DNA of 64,000 nt, from contig CAWCXJ010000008.1 of NCBI GenBank assembly GCA_963799485.1, positions 160,001-224,000 on the forward strand, read 5' to 3'. This document shows, piece after piece, positions 58,801 to 64,000 of the stretch. The translations under genes and the position numbers were made by a program. Source of the stretch: an uncultured Trueperaceae bacterium (GTDB lineage Bacteria > Deinococcota > Deinococci > Deinococcales > Trueperaceae). Under the pieces are notes generated by a model, which searched no databases, was not told where the DNA came from, and saw only the letters and a program-made list of their open reading frames with translations. Within the stretch, counting starts at the first letter, position 1. Each line of letters starts with the position of its first letter.

Positions 58801-60600
58801 TATACCGACACGCTCAAATTACAAGCCGCGTTTAACCACCTGCACATCTTTCTAGACCCCGACCCCGACCCGGCAGCGAGTTTTACCGAACGCCAACGAC
58901 TTTTCAAGCTGCCGCGTTCGACGTGGGAAGATTACGACTCAGCGCTTATAAGTGAAGGCGGCGGGGTTTACTCACGTTTTGCCAAACGCATTCCGCTTTC
59001 CCCGCAAGCGCAGGCGATGTTGGGCGTAGACGACGCAGCGCTCTCAGGCCAAGACCTTATCCGGGCCATTCTGAAGATGCCTGCCGATCTCTTCTGGAAC
59101 GGCGGCGTCGGTACCTACGTCAAGGCGAGCAGCGAGACGCACGCGCAGGTCGGCGACAGCAGCAACAACGCCGTGCGCGTCGACGCGTCCGAACTGCGCG
59201 TCCAGGTCGTCGGGGAGGGCGGCAATCTGGGGTTTACGCAGCTTGCCAGGGTCGAGTACGCCTGCGCCGGAGGGCGCATCAATACCGACGCGGTAGACAA
59301 CTCGGCAGGCGTCGATATGTCCGACCACGAGGTCAACCTCAAGCTTGCCCTGCAGCCCCTTTTAGCGGACGGCACGCTGAGTTTTGCGGCGCGCAACGAC
59401 CTTTTGCGTGAGATGACCCGCGAGATCAACGACCTTGTCTTGCAGGACAACGCGCGGCAAGCCCTGACGCTTTCACTCGCGCGGCGGCGCTCGGAACGCG
59501 ACCCGACGCTCTTTGCGTCGCTGCAAGAATATTTGACGGAACGCGGCGGCTTGCGGCCCAGCGTCGAGTTTTTGCCGAGCGCAAAGACCGTACAGGAACG
59601 CGCCTATACTCGCCCCGAACTAGCCGTTTTGATGGCGTACACCAAAATGGGGCTTTACCGGCGACTTTTAGAAACCGATCTACCCGACGACCCGCACTTT
59701 CAGGAGTATCTTTTCAGCTACTTTCCCAGCATCTTGCAAGAACGCTACCCGGCGGCGATTCGTACACACCCTCTAAAACGCGAAATTATTGCTACGCAGT
59801 TTACCAACGCAGTCGTCGATCTGCTCGGTGTAAGCTTTGTCCACCGGGTGTTGCAAGAGACGGCCTCGAGCCCCGTCGAGGTCGTCCGGGCTGGATTGTT
59901 GGCACTCACGCTGCTCGGGGTACCCAAACTCTTGACGCGAATTTTGGAAAGTGGGGCGGAAACCGAAACGCAGTACGCCGAACTCGACACCCTCGCCCGC
60001 GCCGCTGAAGCCGTCGTCATCTGGCTCGTGCTGAGTGGCGTCCGGGTCGAACCGCTAGCGGCGTTTACCGAAGCTTACAAAAACCCACTGTGGCAACTGC
60101 GCCGCGAGCTGGAGACGGTTTTGGGTGGCAACGAGTTGGAAAACTTCCAAGCTAAAAAACGTGAGCTGGCAGAGGCTTTCGGGGCAGAGTTGACCGGAGA
60201 ACTCGTGACGCTCCCCTATTTGCCGAGCATGATGGGTGTCATCCGCGTAACGCAAGAATCAGGCGCACCTTTAGAGCGCGCAGCCCAGCACTTTTACAGT
60301 CTTGGCGAACGGCTTTCACTCGGGAGTTTGCGTGATGGGCTACTCGCGCTGCCGACGGCGAACAAATGGGAGAAAATCGCGCTCAGCACGCTCATAATGG
60401 ACTTGCGCCGGATGCAAGTCGGCTTGAGCGTCCAATATCTAGCGAGCGGCGCAGAAGCTGTCGAGGCGTTCCTGGCAAAAAATCCGCAGAGTCTCAAACG
60501 TTACGATGCGACCCTCGCCGAGGTGGCGCGGGGGGGGGACGTGGGGCTGGCGAGCGGCGGCGTATTGAGGGGACTGTTGCAGGCGCTGCTCGAGGCTTGA
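55801..60600 (+). CDS. gdh: Large NAD-specific glutamate dehydrogenase (about 1600 aa)
   Basis: RGGLRWSDR, KNAVIVPVGSKGGF, VVAADKGTATFSD, GDMSGDVFGNG, DNSAGVD; start refined to GTG 55801 after AAGGAGG. Confidence 0.95.
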   Translation: MPATLNQLQGFINHSKRSRTLSERLLGILFERAAPGLLECFKLDGLEALGKEALAFLREPGELKVRVYNPSVETQGWTVPYTVLALTLPDRPFIVDSVRAAVRRQGLETAHVLHPVLSVVREASGEVTELHSAAGAAEAAGQPGDKVAFEMFFVSPVENKTARDALAAEVSDTLADVLLATRDYGAMLARAESLGLELNALTEAASGERADELAEYAAFMRWLEADNFIFLGYREYDILEHEGVESLRVTPGSGLGILTKKNSAYETPKPLSEIPEGLRERVLGGRVLTVTKTNAEATVHRPVRMDYLGLKKVRGGLYVGENRFVGLFTSKALAAPVEEIPILRRKLRLILELDGAEPGSHDFKQLVAVFNSLPRDELFWSDAPRLLSDIRTVVTAAQSGGVRVTVRPDPLARGLAVMVIMPRDRFNSGVRRRVQAYLAEKLGATHTDYQLVMGEGDEGVRFHFFFSTQTDYRVLEVGALEQGVAALTRSWGDHLGDLLTRQLGRAAGGRLSARYADAFDERYRADTTPETALRDVENLEQLRQAAQATPDTPPYLVTLLNPHESAHASQQGLGDEASHLEIYHLGRTLVLSDALPLLENLGLRVLEQVAYTFELTDSARTIYGLDIFRVQNRDGEPLRVEHDGERLRAALTALLQGDAENDRMNRLVLFAGLTVRQVALLRALQMYAAQLSISVSRSFIVDTLLKHPELTAQLVRIFELKFAPAVPNRESKLAAAQATFEEALQGVSSLAEDETLRALGSLIDATVRTNYFLDKPYISFKLESAKVPHMPEPRPLFEIAVSAPHVVGTHLRGGRVARGGLRWSDRPDDFRTEVLGLMKTQMTKNAVIVPVGSKGGFVLKGAPAERDALQAFVREQYQTYLRGLLDLTGNMVNGEPVVPEGLVVYDDPDPYLVVAADKGTATFSDLANETAAEYDFWLGDAFASGGSHGYDHKAEGITARGAWESVKRHFLELGVNVTRDAVTVFGIGDMSGDVFGNGLLYTDTLKLQAAFNHLHIFLDPDPDPAASFTERQRLFKLPRSTWEDYDSALISEGGGVYSRFAKRIPLSPQAQAMLGVDDAALSGQDLIRAILKMPADLFWNGGVGTYVKASSETHAQVGDSSNNAVRVDASELRVQVVGEGGNLGFTQLARVEYACAGGRINTDAVDNSAGVDMSDHEVNLKLALQPLLADGTLSFAARNDLLREMTREINDLVLQDNARQALTLSLARRRSERDPTLFASLQEYLTERGGLRPSVEFLPSAKTVQERAYTRPELAVLMAYTKMGLYRRLLETDLPDDPHFQEYLFSYFPSILQERYPAAIRTHPLKREIIATQFTNAVVDLLGVSFVHRVLQETASSPVEVVRAGLLALTLLGVPKLLTRILESGAETETQYAELDTLARAAEAVVIWLVLSGVRVEPLAAFTEAYKNPLWQLRRELETVLGGNELENFQAKKRELAEAFGAELTGELVTLPYLPSMMGVIRVTQESGAPLERAAQHFYSLGERLSLGSLRDGLLALPTANKWEKIALSTLIMDLRRMQVGLSVQYLASGAEAVEAFLAKNPQSLKRYDATLAEVARGGDVGLASGGVLRGLLQALLEA

Positions 60601-60663
60601 ATACCAAAAAGAGACACCCGAAGCGTTCAAAAGCGCGAGCCGAAAACCTCCTCTGTGGGAACT

Positions 60664-60776
60664 GGCTCGAGCGGCAGATGTTCGGGCGGGCGAACTTCGA
60701 TATGCGGCAGTGTTTTTACACGGTCAAACGCCCACGGTCGAACTCGCAAACTGGTTCAACAGCCACTTTGTGTGGA
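60664..60776 (+). mobile_element. ISL3-family relic: transposase C-terminal fragment plus an ISL3-like end
   Basis: LERQMFGRANFDMRQ resembles the ISL3 C-terminal KRQMYGRAxFDLLR; GGTTCAACAGCCACTTTGTGTGGA at 60753 resembles an ISL3 terminal repeat. Confidence 0.6.
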
Positions 60777-60847
60777 GTATCTGTCAAGTCGATTTCGAGA
60801 GACGTCTGTGAGGCGCTCCAAACGCTTACGCTGGGGCTGGAGTCACC

Positions 60848-61732
60848 TTAGCTTGGCGGTTTTAACAACGCTCCAATCCGGCTCTGCAAGACGCCGCGGC
60901 TAAGCTCACCGACCTGACTGCTCTGAATAATTCCGCTTCGGTCGATAAACACGGTGGTGGGCAGCCCTACACCCCCGATTTTGGTATAGACGTCACGCGT
61001 CCGGTCGGGTGCGTTTTGCGCCGGGTCATCGAGCCAGATAGGATACTGAACACCGACGCTTTCGATAAAAGCCCGAACGGTCTCCGGAGACTCCTCGAGG
61101 TCGATACCCACGATCGTGACGCCCTGTGGCCCATACTCTTTTTGAACCGCGTCCAAAAGCGGCATCTCGCGGCGACAGGGCGGACACCACGTCGCCCAGA
61201 AGTTCAGCACGACCACCTGACCCTGGAGGCTCGCCAAACGCGCCGGTTTACCTGCTAAGTCGCTTAAGGTAAAGTCCGGCATGGGGTCGCCGGTGCGAAC
61301 GAGGTCTGTACCCAAATCCAACCTCGTCGAGGCGTAGATGAGGCCGAACAGGAGCGCAGCGACGCCGAAGCCCCCGACCAGTGCCTGAAGGTAACGTCCC
61401 CAGCTTTGCGGCTGCCGACGCCACAGTCGCCAGGCGATAAAAGCAGCGCCCACCACTGCTCCGGCTAACGGCATAAAACCGCCCTGCCACACATAAAGAA
61501 TTGTCCATGGGGTACGCCAGTAAGCGCTCCAGTTGGCGATTACAAATCCCAACCTGGCTCCGAGCAGTCCCAGCCAGACTGCGTTTTCAGCTACGCCTAC
61601 GGCCCACGCACGTTCAAGCGACATTCTGCCGGCAAAGCGACCGGCGAACCAGGGCGCGAGCACTAAGGCGAGCAGTACGCCGAAGCGTAAAACCGGGATG
61701 AGCAGTCCGCCTACCGAAAGAACTTCAGGCAC
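60848..61732 (-). CDS. Lgt-like membrane domain fused to a TlpA/ResA thioredoxin domain
   Basis: GLLGARLGFV, VWQGG (Lgt N-terminal motifs); LNFWATWCPPCRREMP, GLPTTVFID. Confidence 0.88.
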   Translation of the reverse strand: MPEVLSVGGLLIPVLRFGVLLALVLAPWFAGRFAGRMSLERAWAVGVAENAVWLGLLGARLGFVIANWSAYWRTPWTILYVWQGGFMPLAGAVVGAAFIAWRLWRRQPQSWGRYLQALVGGFGVAALLFGLIYASTRLDLGTDLVRTGDPMPDFTLSDLAGKPARLASLQGQVVVLNFWATWCPPCRREMPLLDAVQKEYGPQGVTIVGIDLEESPETVRAFIESVGVQYPIWLDDPAQNAPDRTRDVYTKIGGVGLPTTVFIDRSGIIQSSQVGELSRGVLQSRIGALLKPPS

Positions 61733-61735
61733 CGA

Positions 61736-63199
61736 TTACACCTCTTTCTTTCTCGAGTTTCGCTCTTTTATTGCAACCAAAAACAGGGCGCCGACTAAAA
61801 CGGCGCTGAGTAGCGGAACCCAGTCTCCCAACCGGACATAGAGGGTGGTCGTTTCGCTGAGGGCTACTTGTGACCGGAACGCCGCGCGGTCACCACGCGG
61901 AAACCTTGCAGTAACCCGGCCCAGCGGGTCGATAACGGCTGTAATCCCGTCGTTTCCGGCTCGAGCCAGGTAGCGGCGCGTCTCAATGGCCCGTACCCGG
62001 CCCATCTGGAAGTGCTGCTCCGCGCCTGCTGTGCGCCCGAACCAGGCGTCGTTGGAGATGTTGACAAGCAGATTCGCACCCTCTTTGACCATTGTTCGCG
62101 CCACCGCCGGAAAGGTCGATTCATAGCAGATGTAGGTACCTGCGCGGACAGCGCCCAGCGCGAGCGGCTGGTAACTGTCCCCCGGCAAGGTGCTGAGCAG
62201 ACCGGAAAGGCCGATAGCGGTAAAGATCGGGTCGTAGGCAAAGCGCAGCGACTGCCGCAAGGGAAACGTTTCGCCAAACGGTACCAGCTTGACCTTGGCG
62301 TAACTGCTCGTGACACCTTCTGGAAAACTATAAGCACGGTTTTGGTAGATACTAAAATCGCTGGTAAAGTAGGGCGCGCCGATAATGGTCGGGGTTTTGA
62401 AGCTCGCCAGTGCCGACTCGACCCGGGTATCGGTCGGCGGAAGTGGCGACGCACCCTCGGGCCAGACGACAAGATCGGCGGGGCCTTGCGCCAAGGCTTG
62501 CCGGGTGAGGCCCTCGTAAAGCGTGAGTTCGTCAACCGTGCGGCCCGCCGCCTTCTCGAGGGGGTTGACGGCTCCTTGAACCAGAATCACCTCTTGGTCG
62601 GGTGCCGGGGGTGCCGGACGGGTCAGGCCGTAACCTGTTCCGGCAACCAGCAACGCGCCCATCAGCAGTGCCGGTCGCCAGCGGTGCTCTCTCAGCGCTG
62701 CAAGCGACGCGGCTGCGCCGGTAACGAGCAAACTTATCAGGGCCACACCGCCCAGGTCGGCGAGTTGAATCAGGGGCGTCGGCAAAAAGGCGTAACCGAG
62801 CGTTCCCCAGGTAAACCCAAAGACACCTAAAGTGCGCAGATACTCCATCACAACCCAGGCGAAGGGCAGAGCCAACAAGGTATAGCGGCCTGTCAACTTA
62901 GCCGCGAGTGTGGTGAGACCCCAGAAGGTTGCCAGCAGCGGCGGAAGCAGTAGCATCGGCAAAACGATCACCGGCCCGAACAGGGCGGTGAAACTGACCG
63001 GTAACCAAAACAGATGAACAACAAAAAAAGCCGCGCCACCGAGCCAGCCCAGCCTGAACGCCTGACCGCGCGTCTCGGCGCGTGCGATCAGGCTGTACAG
63101 CAAAGCCAGGGGTAAGGGGGCCAAGAACGACCAGGGATAAGGCGTAACGGTAAAACCCAGCAAAATCCCGGCTGCCAGCGCCTGAAGCGGCGAGGGCAT
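61736..63199 (-). CDS. lnt: Apolipoprotein N-acyltransferase
   Basis: VWPE, KVKLVPFGE, ICYE, NISNDAWF, RAIETRR, NDGIT; start refined to ATG 63199. Confidence 0.94.
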   Translation of the reverse strand: MPSPLQALAAGILLGFTVTPYPWSFLAPLPLALLYSLIARAETRGQAFRLGWLGGAAFFVVHLFWLPVSFTALFGPVIVLPMLLLPPLLATFWGLTTLAAKLTGRYTLLALPFAWVVMEYLRTLGVFGFTWGTLGYAFLPTPLIQLADLGGVALISLLVTGAAASLAALREHRWRPALLMGALLVAGTGYGLTRPAPPAPDQEVILVQGAVNPLEKAAGRTVDELTLYEGLTRQALAQGPADLVVWPEGASPLPPTDTRVESALASFKTPTIIGAPYFTSDFSIYQNRAYSFPEGVTSSYAKVKLVPFGETFPLRQSLRFAYDPIFTAIGLSGLLSTLPGDSYQPLALGAVRAGTYICYESTFPAVARTMVKEGANLLVNISNDAWFGRTAGAEQHFQMGRVRAIETRRYLARAGNDGITAVIDPLGRVTARFPRGDRAAFRSQVALSETTTLYVRLGDWVPLLSAVLVGALFLVAIKERNSRKKEV

Positions 63200-63268
63200 T
63201 TGCACGGCTTTACGGCTGAGCGTTACGATCTTGGTAAATTTGAACGACTGTTCGGAATGCACGCGCCA

Positions 63269-63352
63269 AGTGTAAAAGCGAAATGTAAAGCCGATATAAA
63301 GGTAAGCGGTCGAAAGGTTCTTTACAGAGACTTTACAGATTTCTGATAGCCT
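63269..63352. promoter_or_regulatory. Back-to-back promoters, each CTTTAYA-N4-CTTTACA-N9-(-10)
   Basis: + strand: CTTTACA 63320, CTTTACA 63331, TAGCCT 63347; - strand: CTTTATA 63301, CTTTACA 63290, TACACT 63274. Confidence 0.65.
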
Positions 63353-63409
63353 TGGTAACATGCGCAGCGCACAAGATACTAAAGTACGTTTGAGCCAGTG
63401 AGGAGGCTT

Positions 63410-63631
63410 GTGAAACACCTTAGACCTTTAGCAATCGGCGTAAGTATCGTCCTCTTTGTCACAGTTGTCGTTACCACGATGTTAGGAGCCACGAGACAGG
63501 GTCCGGCAAGCATGCCGGGTATGAACATGGGAGGAAACCCCCAGACTCAAACGTACCTTGATAAATTGCTGACGCGTATACCGGGTATGAACATGGGCGG
63601 AAACTCGGACATGAACATGGGCGGAAACTAA
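63410..63631 (+). CDS. Signal-peptide-bearing Met-rich peptide (MNMGGN x3), probably the detached N-terminus of the DUF305 gene
   Basis: RBS GAGGAGG, GTG start, hydrophobic leader, repeated ATGAACATGGGMGGAAAC. Confidence 0.65.
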   Translation: MKHLRPLAIGVSIVLFVTVVVTTMLGATRQGPASMPGMNMGGNPQTQTYLDKLLTRIPGMNMGGNSDMNMGGN

Positions 63632-63635
63632 CGAT

Positions 63636-64000
63636 ATGCCTGGTGCGCTTGCCGAGCTTGCCGAACTCGAGGGCGAAGCGTTCGAAGTCGCTTTTATGTC
63701 GGTAATGACCGCGCACCACCGCGGCGCAGTCAAGATGTCCGAGTGGATTTTAGACCGCACCCAAAACCCGGATTTGCGGGCGGCGGCAAAAGCGATTATC
63801 GCGGCGCAAGACCCTGAAAACACCAAGATGATCGGCTGGCTCCAGGGATGGTACGGGCGCGGCATAGATGAAACGATGGCCAAACCCGTAGAGCAAGAGA
63901 TAACTTCGAGGATCGGTGCGGTGGCAACCGGCGACGCCGACACAGCCTTTTTAAGAGAAATGACGGCGCACCACGACAGTGCGCTTGATACGGCGCAGCT
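63636..64000 (+). CDS. DUF305 (CopM-like) metal-binding protein, runs off the window
   Basis: Manual translation: AFMSVMTAHHRGAVKMS, AIIAAQ, AFLREMTAHHDSA. Confidence 0.85.
   Translation, partial: MPGALAELAELEGEAFEVAFMSVMTAHHRGAVKMSEWILDRTQNPDLRAAAKAIIAAQDPENTKMIGWLQGWYGRGIDETMAKPVEQEITSRIGAVATGDADTAFLREMTAHHDSALDTAQ

Noticed and set aside
1..64000. tRNA, rRNA, intact prophage, defence or toxin-antitoxin genes
   Set aside because: None recognised by eye; a covariance-model or HMM search would be needed to exclude small ncRNAs.

Overview
GC-rich bacterial chromosome segment, probably from Deinococcota (Truepera-like). This is inferred from gene content, LptFG/LptD-like genes and pervasive leaderless -10 promoters. 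Most of it is housekeeping: tatAC, DAHP synthase/chorismate mutase, a TRAP transporter, rluD, plsX, an lptFG-lptD-like operon, malEFG/malZ, dprA, cysS, rpmB, hemW, cyclophilins, prmC, lspA, a large NAD-GDH and lnt. Small accessory patches and relics (tyrosine integrase, ISL3, pip, a kinase, a 2H phosphoesterase) are interspersed. Best signals not shown in the ORF track: (1) a leaderless 12-aa Cys-Cys leader peptide upstream of cysS, inside a nested hairpin that can sequester the cysS Shine-Dalgarno (candidate cysteine-sensing attenuator); (2) a 17-bp tandem array between the start codon and signal peptide of an astacin lipoprotein, which currently puts the gene out of frame (candidate phase-variable switch); (3) strong over-representation of the palindrome CTCGAG, which also forms intergenic hairpins and sits at relic breakpoints; (4) one direct-repeat promoter architecture shared by two c-di-GMP enzyme genes and a surface subtilase, and a second mirror-image direct-repeat pair at a probable copper module; (5) a SpeD-like protein lacking the pyruvoyl-forming serine. 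No rRNA, tRNA or CRISPR array was recognised. All calls come from reading motifs by eye; no searches were run.
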